A DNA stretch of 64,000 nucleotides from Pelomyxa schiedti (Eukaryota; Protista; Evosea), in assembly GCA_020536535.1 (NCBI GenBank), contig JAHLWZ010000041.1:1-64000 (forward strand), in the 5' to 3' direction. The translations under genes were made by a program, and so were the position numbers. The notes under the pieces were generated by a model that was not told the DNA's origin, searched no databases, and saw nothing but the letters and a program-made list of their open reading frames with translations. How positions within the stretch are numbered: the stretch's first letter is position 1; each line of letters begins with the position of its first letter. Positions 1 through 12,193 of this stretch are shown here, piece by piece.

Positions 1-803
1 ACCCCCTCTGTATCGTGTAAATAGTTAAGACAAAGTTGTTATATAAGCAAACACAAACATATGAGAACAGCAACACTATTCAGTCCACAACGTCCCTCTC
101 CTAGACCACCACTCTTACACTTTCCGCTCTGGAACCATAAACCCTTCCCTCTCCAACTCTTGGTGTGTAATTGTAATTGCTGGATCACTCAACCCAGAAA
201 CCAGAGGCTAAGATTCCTGATGTTACCAGATTCGGCGAAGGATACATATATCGATAACTCCTTCGCCTCTCATCGGGGTGAGTCCTCACGAGGACTGTCA
301 TGCGTTGTGCTACTACGGCGGCTTGCTTGCAGTTGGTTGCTGCATCCAAGGAACTGGAATTGTGTGTGGACGCAGATGTGTTGTACAGGGGTCATTCTTA
401 CATTGTAACCCTCCCCTTTTTTTCTTTCATGCACTTGTGTTCTTTGTATTTATTTCGCCCCACTGTTGTGCGTTGCCACCCGAAAAAAAAAAAAGCTTTT
501 TTCACAATTAATATGATGTATTGTAGATGAGGCTGATTGTGGATGCGAAGTGGAGGCAATCGTCGGGCATTTCGCACACAGAGCTATCGAACCACGTTCT
601 CTGTGGATCATGGGTAAAACGGGGGCTCAGAACAGGTTCGCTTTGAAAACAACACACAAACACACAAATCCAAATACAAAGTTAACCCCAAACTCAAACC
701 ATTAAATGAAGTTGCACGATGCTCAACATGCAGTGGGAAAACTGGGGAACCAGTGGAAACGACTCTGTGGAGCCTGCCTGATTTGACAGCCAGTTTTCAT
801 CAT

Positions 804-903
804 NNNNNNNNNNNNNNNNNNNNNNNNNNNNNNNNNNNNNNNNNNNNNNNNNNNNNNNNNNNNNNNNNNNNNNNNNNNNNNNNNNNNNNNNNNNNNNNNN
901 NNN
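804..903. other. Scaffold gap (100 N) with duplicated flanks
   Basis: The 54-nt sequence ccagtggaaac...ttttcatcat at 750-803 is repeated exactly at 904-957, as expected for overlapping contig ends joined by a fixed-size gap. Confidence 0.9.
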
Positions 904-1239
904 CCAGTGGAAACGACTCTGTGGAGCCTGCCTGATTTGACAGCCAGTTTTCATCATGCTCATTCAAACCCAAAGGAGGTCATTGCATTCCACGTCACTC
1001 CCAAGTGCTCTTCCACAAGGTACGTGTGGTTCTTCCTTTTGCAAGGAACTTAAATTTGGCACAGATCGCACATCAAGTCCAAGATTATCCTCCTCGTATC
1101 CACCATCCCTGGTGTGGCGCCTTTTGCATCAAACCCCATCTCGCTGTGCTCAAGAGATCGAAATAGGGGCCCCCAGTTGCGCCCAATTCAATCACCGCTG
1201 GGATCACCTGAGGTAATAATCCCACCTCCTGCCGTTATG

Positions 1240-2089
1240 ATGGAACCACAACCCCTGAGGAGGAAGAACCGCGACCACGTCCCTTCAACAACTGCTCAAG
1301 ACCGCGATTATTATCCCTCTTCTAGAAGCAAGCGAGACACGGACACCAGTGCCCAACAGCAGCGCGTTGAAGACGACTCCAGATGCCTTGTACATACTAA
1401 AAGCTCAATGGAGTATATCTCATTCCAAACCACGTCAAATAGGCAGTGCATTGTGGACAGTCGTTCCGCTCCAGTGAAGTGTATGTGCGGCTGCTCAATA
1501 ACACCCCTTATCTCTTTTACTAACTCCTGGTCTGCAGTTCCTGAATCGATGATTGCTGGAATCCCAGAACGAATTTTTCGTAGTAAGTAGCTATGGCGTT
1601 TGAAATATGTACATTTCTAACCTCCTCCTGTATTAACGTTAAAGGGCCGGTTATTTTTGTTTTCATTCTTTCAGTAAAGGAAGAGCACTTCATTCCTCTT
1701 ATCAACTCCATGATAGCATTGCAGGCTCCGTATGAATTTACCCTCCAGTACGGGAAAATTTCAAGTTCAGCAATCTCATCTTTCTTCTTCATTGTGATAA
1801 TTTATCCTCAGATGATCTGTTTGTAATAGGCTGTGGCCACAAGAACGTGGAGAGTTTCTGCTATGGAATTGCGATGCGTTGCAAGTTTCTCACAGGAAAC
1901 AACCCATTCCACATGGACATCACCAAACCAAACCCATTCATCAAATTCCTTGGCTGTGCCAACAACACATTCTCCCAACTTCCTCCACCTCATGCATCTG
2001 TGCCCACCTTCACATTGTAAAAAAAAAGTAATAATAGTAGAATAAAATTGCTTGGGTTGGCGTCTTTGTTTGTGTGATTGGGATCCCAC
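1240..2089 (-). CDS. Possible spliced hypothetical protein, unresolved
   Basis: Overlapping minus-strand ORFs (1808-2089, 1520-1792, and an open stretch of about 1330-1590) can be linked by plausible short GT-AG introns. No recognisable domain. Confidence 0.25.
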
Positions 2090-2142
2090 CAGGTGTACTT
2101 TCTTTCCTGAAGTATTCTTAGCGGAAATCGGAAGTCACGACG

Positions 2143-3349
2143 ATGGATGGAGACAACCTGTTGGCATCACAGGCTGGAGGAGACAACAACAAGTCCCCAA
2201 CAACATCGGAGATGCATGACAAACAGCAAGACGAACAACAACAAACACAAATGCCGGTGAGGCCGCAAAATGAGGCAGTGTCACATATTTTGAAAAATGC
2301 CAAGCTTAACCTGGACCGAATGGCTTTCCATGCTGAAACGGTTTTGTTTGTTTTTTTACCTGTATCGTTGCACATTGACTTTCTTTTTTCACCAGTGTGC
2401 ACTTGGAGTAACAACAGCAATTGATGAGAACTTGGCAAAGATCCGAGCATCAATGCTGGACATTGTGGATAAGAAAATTGCACAATTGAAAGCAGAAGTG
2501 CAAGAAAACCTGATGGTTTGCACCGAGTTTGTCACCTAATAATTTCTTTTTTCTAATTTCCTTTCAACAGAATTCAGTGCTGACACTCACATCTTTCAAT
2601 GCACCAGAGTACACAGCCACACAGAAAGTATGTTGTTCATATCTCTAATACTCATTCATTGACACTCAGCTTATCTGCCCCGGGGAACAATTATTGGAGG
2701 GATGGCAAAATTCACTGGATTGCATCTATATAAGAAAAGGTATGCCCTTCATTTTCTTATGTACAATTAACAACACAACAAGGGGCACATATTATGGACT
2801 TGCCTCCCGATGTGCTGTCACATATTGTTGAATACTTACCGCATCAGTGTATCCTTTCTACTCGCGCAGTGTGTACCAGTTTCTTGGATGCTGTTCAGAC
2901 AGGTAAGTCTACCAGTTTAGCCTTGCGATCCCACCCACCACTCATTTTCAGTTCATGGGTGCAAAAACTGCACCTTTTCAACAGAGGCCAATTGGGATGG
3001 ATCAGCGTGGCAGATAGAAGTCAACTCAATTTCCACACCCTGCATGGACTTTAAGCTGCTCTTGCTGACTAATTCTAAGGGCCTGGGGGTGTATTTGTAT
3101 AGAACCAGCAAGCGGATGTATGCCCGCGCAAAGAAATTCAACATAGAAGTAACAGATGGTGACCCACTTGCATGTGATGACCAGAAGGCAATGGTCTGGA
3201 GAGACGTTTTTGTGATCAGAACTCAAGAACTGGGTAACATGACAAACCCCACCACGGCCCTAGGGAGAGTTATTCCAATGAAAACAGTGCCATCCAAACT
3301 GCACATCTCCATCACAATCAACGACAAAATCACCACAACGTCAACTTGA
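2143..3349 (+). CDS. F-box protein (coiled-coil N-terminus, F-box, beta-rich C-terminal domain), about 6 exons
   Basis: F-box motif MDLPPDVLSHIVEYLPHQCILSTRAVCTSF at 2794-2880. Splicing QT|VHGCKNC joins into the 3044-3349 frame. GT-AG introns near 2341, 2518, 2628, 2740 and 2902. Confidence 0.7.
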
Positions 3350-3425
3350 AGTATTTTGGTCTGTTGTTTTTGAAATGTGAATGCGTCGACGCTGACTTTG
3401 GCGGTACTTGTCGGGCGTGGCAATG

Positions 3426-3769
3426 CCGCGTGCACAAATCGATAAAAGATCCCTTGTGGGCAAGACACGGCGACCGACAGTGACAAGCAAGGAAGATCTG
3501 GGGCTTCAAAACGCAACAACAACGCGCAAACAACAAGAAGCAGTGCCTCAGTCAAACGGGGGCGTGCCGAGTTACAAAGATGCGGCAATGCGGGGACTGA
3601 AACTGCAGGAGGAAGTTGTGCGGGGTCACAGGAGCGATGATGATGTTGCCTCGATCGTGGGAGATGCGATTAAGAACTTGCGGCGCTCTGCCGATGATGC
3701 TGAAAAGGTTCGCTGCTTCTTTGTTTTTTTATCCATCCCGCTCTAACGGTTAGAAACAAGCAAGATGAA
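3426..3769 (+). CDS. Small basic hypothetical protein (MPRAQIDKRS...DDAEK|KQAR)
   Basis: ORF 3408-3746 with a GT-AG intron (about 3709-3754) containing a CTAAC branch site. No domain recognised. Confidence 0.3.
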
Positions 3770-4108
3770 TAATGTTTTTCTATTCGACTTTGGCCACAAT
3801 TAAACAATTTTGGTTCGGCTTAAGAGCGCGCGACTTTTCTCGTGCGGTGGTGCGGTGTTCTGCGGCTAACGTCGTTCGGCGACGCCGTCGTGGATTTCGC
3901 TGCTGTCTCGGCGCGATCCTTGATGTCGGTGCCGACGTGATCAATCTGTGGATTCCATTCCCGCGCATTAGCTTCGCGGCCATCATGTTGATCATCTAAA
4001 GTTCTATTTCTATCCATACCGCTAACACTGTGTTCAAAGGAAGCTCGACCGAGTTACGTTTGCCGCGGGGTCTGTGCGTGATTATGCACTTGTGGGAGTG
4101 ATGTCGCG

Positions 4109-4116
4109 TCACGTGA
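4109..4116. promoter_or_regulatory. TCACGTGA palindromic E-box in CpG-rich intergenic DNA
   Basis: Exact motif present; it recurs intergenically at 25014, 47573 and 53418. Confidence 0.35.
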
Positions 4117-4236
4117 TGTTGTGGCACTGCGGGACTTGTCTCGGCCTATCTGCCAATATGCAACGAACTGTTTCTAATTGTTAAAAAATACTTGTCTTCC
4201 TCTGTCCCTTCAAAGTTTACAATGAGTCGTGTCCTG

Positions 4237-5125
4237 TCACCACACACCAGGCACTATTCTGGACTTTGTCCGGTGTATGTAGTCATTGTAGCCAGCCAGG
4301 TCACGTATTAGAACCCTTTCTTCATCAACAGCACGGAATCCCAGCAGAATCACGCAGCCAACTGAGAAAACAATACCAATGAATGAGCCCAAGGCCACTG
4401 GTGTGGCCATGCACATCAGACTAATGGCAGAGTACATTGGGTGCCTCACGAATGCATAGGGTCCAGTGGATATCACGAACTGTGGGGATTCCGTAGAACC
4501 GGTAGTGCTGGGTCCGATTCCATTTGATTTGTCCCCTCTGATTCTTTGATGTGGTTCCTGCTGGGAGGCTTGGTCTTTTTCTTCAGTGTAAGTCTGCTTG
4601 TTCTGAGGAGGTTTGTCAACTTCAACAACTCGGGAGGCATAAGGATTTTCCAACAGGACTCGGACAAACAGGGCGTATCCCGTAAGCACAAGGATGTCTC
4701 CGGCAAAGATCAGGAGTGAAGAAGGTACCAGTGCCGAGGGAGAAAAATGCCACCTGAAGTCAAGTGATGGAACCACAATCATTCCAAGCCAGGGAACCGC
4801 AGAGAGAGCAACAATGAGCCTCTGTGTCGGTTCCTTCTCATGGGACCTCATTCTCCTCTCTGCCACCTCCGGCCTATGACACACCAACCAGGATCCAAAT
4901 GCAAACATAGGAACCATCACAACTCCAAGGTATATCCAGCCCTGTTTTGGGTTTTTGTCAGTGACCTAGGTTTCGGGCACAATTTTTTTTAAAATCTCTA
5001 TTGGATACCTGCCAGTAGGAGAAAGTACCACAAGGAATGAACAAGAGCGCAACGAGGCCTATGAGACCAAGGGTGGCTCGCACGGCTCCTTTTTTCACCA
5101 GACCCATCTGTTCCTGTGCCTTCAT
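4237..5125 (-). CDS. Isoprenylcysteine carboxyl methyltransferase / PEMT-family membrane methyltransferase, bacterial-type, 1 intron
   Basis: Spliced product MKAQEQ...LFIPCGTFSYWQ|GWIYLG...ENPYASRVVEV...VISTGPYAFVRHPMY...DEERVL...YNDY...RIVPGVW. The GPYxxVRHPMY and EE motifs are diagnostic of the ICMT/PEMT family. Confidence 0.85.
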
Positions 5126-5429
5126 ATCCTCCTTGTAATGCGTGCCAATTCTTGTGGGAAGTGAGGGAGTTGATGGCGTGTCCCATTATAATGGACAAAT
5201 TAACGGTGACGCGACCGGTACACGTGTCGTTCCGCCCCGAAGTTTGGTTTTTTCCCTCAGTCTACCTGTTCACAAGAGTTGGGGGAGGCTATTCGGGACA
5301 TCAAAGCTCTGAGGTTGTTCAGTAAGACACTGGACACTGGCACCTCAGAGACGATCTGTTTGCACGGTGAACCGGGTTATTGTTCAGTTTCATAGAAAAC
5401 ATAGATTTAAAGCTTTAAAACGAGTCGGG

Positions 5430-8400
5430 ATGGGGCAGTCCTCGTCGAATATTGTCGATTGTGTGTGGTTTGTTGGACTGACTCAACGTCGTAATTCATC
5501 ACTTAAAAAAACCATAGTGGATGACCAAAAGCTGACGCGCATCCCATCGTACATTTACTCGATTTTCAGTATACAAAATTTATACCGTACGTGACACCAC
5601 AAAACCGTGGTTTTTTTTCCTTTTGTCACCACAACTTCAGTGCAAGCAAACCAAATTACCAGCATTTCCGGCCGTATTTCAAATCTGATAAATTTGGAAG
5701 AACTCTACTGTATTATTGCTCACAAAACATTAATTATTCCTTACTTTGACATGGATAGTGGGAGGAAACAAACTCACCAAAATACCCGAGGAAATAGGGA
5801 CACTCACAAAATTAAGAGAGCTAAGTTGTATGTAAAAACAAAAGTATAATGCAACCTCACCTGAACCTTGAAGTAAGCTGCAATAATTTACAGAGCATTC
5901 CTAGTTGTGTGGGAAATCTTACTAATTTGAGGCAACTCTACCGTACGTGTTTCATTCTATCACTAACAAGAATTTTTAATCCCTTTCTTTTCCCAAACAA
6001 AAGTTGATAATAACAAGTTGACCTCGTTGCCTGATTCCTTCAGTCAATTGACTCAATTGGAAACCTTTTATGGTGTGCAACCTTAATTTCCACTTGCTGC
6101 ATCTTAACCTCTTCCAGTAAACAATAACGAATTGACATCCATCTCCGAGTCGCTGAGCACGTTGGTCAATTTGCACGATTTCTACAGTACACTTTTACAT
6201 CAACTATTCTTCCACTACTGACGAGTCGAAAGTATTTGGCAACCAAATCACTACACTTCCGGACGGGATCGTGCAACTACCAAAGTTGACAGACTTAAAA
6301 TGTGCGATTTTTTTTTTGATTGATTTCCCTCCATTTATCTTGCTGTCCAGTGCAGCTATTGGCCCCCTTGGCGCCAGAGAGTTCAGCCGATCCCAAGTTG
6401 ATCCCAGATGCACCCTCGTCTTCAAGTGTTCCTACCGAAATATTTGAAGCGAGCAATACAACGATATGTGAATCTCCCACCCGTGTCTCTCCGGAACAAA
6501 TCCAAGATTCAACAACGATTCAGCAACTTCAAAGCAGCAAGCTCCAATGTATTCAGGGGCAATTGGCCCAAGCATTAAAGCAGCTTGACCAACAGAGGCA
6601 TAATCACGAAATTGCTCTCCAAGAAATGGCGAGACAACACGAACTTGAAATAAGCAACATGCACAGAGAACACCAAAAGACTTTAGAAGACCAAAGCCGG
6701 TCATACTCTGAAAAGGAAGAAGTCTTAACGAAAAAACTGCACAGAATCGAGGACGATTTCCAACAAGGTGTGCTCTCGTGCGCACCATGAGGTACTCTAA
6801 CACGGAAATTCTTCCTTCCCACAGCGATGGAACATGTTCTGTCACATGTGCAAGAGGAGAAATGGGTTCATCACCCCACTGCACAACCACTTTCCTCATT
6901 CTCCAAATTCACTATTTCTGTTAACGACTCTCCAGTCTCAATACATGAGACTTCATTTGCTGAAAATATCTGCTGCTTTTGCCCCTTGGACAAGGTTGCT
7001 TTGAGCCTCCATTTTGGTGTGCTTAACTTAAAATAATAATAATGCACAGGTAGTCAAAATGCTGGTTCACAATCACTGTGGTGTCAGTGAGCAATGCCAA
7101 GAAGTAATGCTCAGTAATGGCAAATCGCTTTCTGGAACAGTGTCCAATCTTTTCGAGCTTGAGGAGGAAGAAGACAGTGCACGACGCGCACCAGGCACAT
7201 TCCGTGCCACACATGGGGCAGTCTCTTGGCTCTCTGCGACTGTACGGATTTTACCTGAAGTCAAAGACATCTATGAAAGTGACTTGCAAATCGTGGAGAT
7301 AATTGGAAGTGGCCATAACGGATCTGTTGCCAAATGTCACTATGTCCCAGAAAACAGACAAGTGTCTGTTAAGAGAAGCCACGACCACACAAGAAAATTC
7401 GACAGAAAATTGTTTAAAACTCAGGCAACGGTATGTCGTCCCTATCCTTTTTTTTTTTTTAACTGCTTCCTTACTTCAAGAGGTAACGAACAGTCTCAGG
7501 CACCCCAACATTGTCAAATGCATAGGCTTCTGTGAGGGCCCCAGCACTTTCACTATCATCTCTGAGTACTTTCCTTGCTCTCTCCGGCATCTCCTCTCAG
7601 TTGTGAGTCGCCTCCTGTTTTTGTTGTTGTAGGATTTTAACCTCTCGAGTCAGCAAAAACTCACCACCATGCAAGTGGCATGCCTAAGTACCGGGATTTC
7701 CAAGGGAATGGCTGCACTTCATTTGTATGTCTGCCGTTGCAAGGACTCCAAACTCACTTTTACCAGGCAAAATATCTGCCATTATTCTCTCACAAGCTCC
7801 AACATTTTACTGGATCGTGGAGGGAATCCGAAAGTATCTGACTGGGGTACCTTTCTCAATCCTTTTATGATGTTTTCTGAATATTATTCAGGGGCGCAAC
7901 CAAGAGATGATGCCCCAGCCAAGCCGGTCACTGCGTATATGCCACCTCAGATGTTATCAGGCAACTATTCCCGAAAAGGAGACTTGTGGGAATTTGCGGT
8001 GTTGGTCTGTGAGATGATTTTAGGATCGGTTCCCTCAGTTGAACCTCTAAAAGATACAACACAAACTTCAGCTTTCATTGAGAACCAGCTTCGCCAAATG
8101 TCGCCCAGTTCCAGGAAAGGTACCACTTTTCAATCCCACACGGCGTTGGAATTCTCAAGTATTCTGCAGAAACAAACAAGCTACTAGGGATGCCATCATT
8201 TACCTCTTCAATGATGGCCACTTGCTTAGGCAGAAGAGAGGCATGCCTGAAAGTCACAGAGGGGTGCCTAGTGGGATCATTTCCAATATTCACTCCTCTG
8301 ATAACTCGGTGCCTATCCATTTCAGGTTTGTTTTCTACCTTGCTCTTACTTCTTTTCACTGAAACCATTCTCAAGAGTCAGAGAGACCCGAGTTTTACAT

Positions 8401-8539
8401 TGCAGAGCGCCTTCTTTCCGTTACCCTGTCAGAGGCCCTGTATCCCGAGGAGTTTACCACTGATGCCATTAACTTGTGCTTGTCTGCTCTCGGGTCATCA
8501 ATAACTACCCTAGCATATTCGGCCGCCAACTCTGAATGA
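5430..8539 (+). CDS. N-myristoylated LRR + coiled-coil + TKL-like (pseudo)kinase, more than 15 exons
   Basis: MGQSSS start; seven 23-aa LRRs (for example LGGNKLTKIPEEIGTLTKLRELS); coiled coil at about 6500-6760; kinase subdomains IGSGHNGSV, VSVK, HPNIVKCIG, HYSLTSSN, VSDWG, YMPPQ, DLWEFAV. Confidence 0.85.
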
Positions 8540-8699
8540 ACATCACAAACAAATCACCACCCCACAACACCAACAAACACCCACACCCTTTTGCTTCAGA
8601 CTTGTAGTCTCCAACAGCCTTGTTTTTTCAGTTTCTTTTTTGGCCAAAGTTACCATCAAGGAGACATTCGGAGAAAGCACGCAACAGATGAGGAAGGAA

Positions 8700-11600
8700 A
8701 TGTACAATTCAACAAGGAAGCGAAGATGCACCCAATTTGCACAACAATCAAGGCAAAAAGAAGCGTTTTGCGAACGCCTTTCCATCATGCCAAAATTTTT
8801 TCAGCAAAAAAGATTTTGCTTTGTTGTGGTTAAGTGTTGTTGGTTCTGTGTGTCACAACCAACAGTCAGCAGTCTACAGCACCAGGTCACTCATTGTGCA
8901 TTCCTCCCATAATACAACTGAAAAGGTGGGAGGGTCGCTTGTTTTGTTGGCGCGCTCTGGCGTGAAGGACAGACTGACACCATAGAGCAGTGTTGCAATT
9001 CCCCATAAGTCATTTGCTGTTCAAAATGCCAGTTGGAGTTGACAACCGTGTTTTTCCGTTCTCAGAGAGCGAATTGGCTCGAAATCATGGAAAAGGTCGT
9101 GGCAAGTGCTCCAATTGCAGACTCCCACTTGGTGTTGTATTCATTTCATGGACTACGTATGTTTCCCTTACTCCTTCTTTGGGATAAAATTCACTGAATA
9201 CAGCTCCCTTGTTTTATCTATTGGTGTAATGGTGGTAGTTACTGAGTACTTCTCTACGAAATCGCTGGAATCAAGTCTATCCAAGTCTTCAAGGGAGGTT
9301 GTGAATGAGAGAATTTACCGAGCTGTGGAGAAGTATGAACCATTCAACTGTAGCTTCCATTATGGGTCTAAGTTTGAATAGTATTTTCAATGAAGGCATC
9401 GAAGCCGCATATTTTACGAGAGACTACACACTGCAGACACCTCTGCTAAACGATACTGAGAGGTTGATCTGGAGAAAGAAATTGAATACTACTGGGAGGT
9501 ACAGTATTAGCCAGTAGGGGCATAATCATTGAAACGGGAAAGGTTTGAGGAAGGAAGAGTACTTTATTCATATTCCACTCAGCACCCAGCTGTGAGACTT
9601 ATTGGATTTTGGAGGTTCAATTGTCTTACTTTCCACCAGCCTCACCTCTTTGACAGGTATTCATCACGTGAGGATCAGACAATAATGCAAGTGGAGACTG
9701 TGACACGAGGTTAGGATCCCTATCACTTTCGAAAGTTTTTCCCACAGCTAAATAGGGATTCCTCTATTTTGTTTTTCGGACAATTCCACTGGCTACGAGT
9801 ATGGCCAGTATCACGTAAATACAAGTACCTCAGTATTCTTTAAATCAGATCAAGCTTATAAAACAATTTTCTACATCGGCGCCAATCCAGTGTGTATCTT
9901 GTCATTCATTCACTAGCTCACACTGTCCCAGCTTTTCCCGTTCTTCATGTCCCATGAAGGGATACATGTATCCGATCCCTACCAGATTATTCTTCCTGGG
10001 CTAGAGAGTGTACTTACATTGGTTCTGTTCAATCTTATTGAACACTATGAATCTGGAAAGGCAATATGCTGGAGAGCGGCCATCAATGTTGAGGCGCTTT
10101 CAGCCTTTGTGGAGGTCTGAGATACCCGCTTTGGCGTATCTGATTTTTTTAGGCTTTGCCACTGCCAACAGGGTCTCACGTTGCCGTGATTGAAACAAAT
10201 TTCCGTATGATGGCTGCATCGGAACCAAACCTCGTTTTGAATTCTTCAAGCAAATACCGGGTATTCAAATGAATACGTTAACGCGAGAGCTGTTTGTTGC
10301 ATGTATATCTGACATCAATCTAACAGTATTTCTTGCCTGATGTCAACGAACCTGTATTGGCAGCTACTGGAAAGTACCTTGAAAGTCGTTATGATAGTAT
10401 GTAGGCAGCAATCGTACCATTTACTCAAGTCATTCAAAATAACCAACGAACTAAAAGATATGTCTATGCTACCAAGGAATTTCTCAGTAGTCACCACTTT
10501 TTCGGGAGTTAAAACTGTCATTGATGTAACACAATGGAGATTAAATGAAAACAGTACAACCATATGGATTATATTGGTACTTATTAATTATTTCCTCCTC
10601 AAGTTACCATGACTCCAGGTCTCCCCTGCAAAGGGTCCGTCTAGCCAATATCTTGCCATAACTGGCTTATGCATTTCCATATTTACTCTTGTTGGGATTA
10701 TCGCCTCCACCATAACCAGCATGTACACCCCAACACTCCCAAACATTTTATTCACTGCCTCTATAGGATGATAAAAAAACCTCTCGGACTTGTTGCAAAA
10801 CTGTTAGGCAGTATATCTCAGCTTGATTTTGAAAGTAAAGGACGGGAATCGAACTTCTTCAAACGAAATTCCCCGATACGAGAGATAGATGATATTCAGA
10901 CTAGCTACTACTCTCTGGAGGTTGGCTTGAAGTCTCTATCATGCTATGTTCCTGGTTCCCTTGCAAAACTCCTTGTTCGCAGGTACTTTGTATGACACTA
11001 AGCTATTACATCTTCAAATTATGTGCATTAAATGCATGTCTTTAGTGACTATGAACCGCAAATTGGTGTCAAAGAAGGCAATTGTACTGTTATGTTTCTT
11101 GATGTCCAAGGATTTTCCACTCTTTGTGAAACTGTAAATAGTGAAAAAGGTTTCTCCTTTTTATAAGGAGTTAACTGAATGTGTATTGTACTAGTTTTTA
11201 CTGCTCTGGGAGAGTGTTTCGATAGCCTAAGTACGATTATTTGCAGTTATGGTGGAACAATAGACAAGGTTCGTAACCTTATTGGAAATCTTCATGCTCC
11301 TCACTGTTTTTTTTTTAGTTTATAGGTGATGGTATGTTTTCATTTTCCACATTGATGTGCAATAACCCTTTTTCCTCTACTAGCAATTATGGCGTTTTGG
11401 AATGAAGTGCGCACTTTTTTCCTTTACTTCTCTGCGATCTCAAAATAAGTAAATATAGCCAGAATATGTTGATAATCATCCATCAGTGGCGATGCACGCC
11501 GTCTTCGAGTGCCAAAATAAAATCACTGAGCTACAGGCTCAATGGACAGCGCGGGGACTCCCCTGTCTTCACGTAAAGTTTGGCCTGAGTACCGGTCCTG

Positions 11601-12193
11601 GTGTGCATTTCAAATGCCGTTGGCTCGAAGCTTACAATTATAGTGCTTGTGGGCAACGTCGGCGGGAGCAAGCGCTTCAGTTACACGGTCATCGGACGAA
11701 CTGGTATAACGAATATAAACCAAAGAATGTTTCTAATGCGATTCCACACACCAGTGAATTTGGCAGCAGGTCTCGAACCACTTACAAGAATTCTTGGAGT
11801 AGATGTCTTGATCAGTGAGGAATTATTTCAATGTATCAAGTCAACATTCATATGCCGGAAGTTGCCGGCAATGCCTCTCAAGGGCTTTGCACTTCCTGTG
11901 CATGTATATGAAGTAAACATTCCCAATTTTCCCGCACTTCCCAACTGACGATTCCACAGCCACTTTGTATGATATCAGACAAAACGGAACGCCTTGCGGA
12001 TATGTTGAATTCCTTCAATTTTGTTATGGAAGCAAAGGAAACACCTTCCATATCCCAGTTACGAACAAGCCGGGTATCATTCGTATCAACCAATCTTTTC
12101 TATCTTAAGATACCTTTGTAGCTGGAAGAACACTGCCGAATATTCCCGGAAGATGCCGCTGCAGCCAAAATGCTGGACAGTAAAACGAGTTGA
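8700..12193 (+). CDS. Membrane-bound class III adenylate/guanylate cyclase (TM-extracellular-TM-HAMP-cyclase); start approximate
   Basis: TM ITGLCISIFTLVGIIAS; HAMP-like KPLGLVAKLLGSISQLDF...IREIDDIQ...GLKSLSCYVP; cyclase motifs VMFLDVQGFS, GGTIDK|FIGD|AIMAFWN, FGLSTG, GNVGGSKRFSYTVIG, VNLAAGLE. Confidence 0.85.

Noticed and set aside
1-700. ORFs at 61-530
   Set aside because: No consistent exon chain or domain in either orientation could be established.
750-957. Apparent 54-bp direct repeat
   Set aside because: The two copies directly flank a 100-N gap, which is the signature of overlapping contig ends rather than a biological repeat.
1530-1590. Retroviral-type aspartic protease motif (PAIIDSGT) on the minus strand
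   Set aside because: Only a short motif; no gag, RT, RNase H, integrase or LTRs nearby, and the likely spliced frame is different.
3780-3995. Arg-rich minus-strand ORF downstream of the 4109 E-box
   Set aside because: Short, no recognisable domain, and CpG-rich promoter-like sequence readily yields such ORFs. It cannot be supported without expression data.
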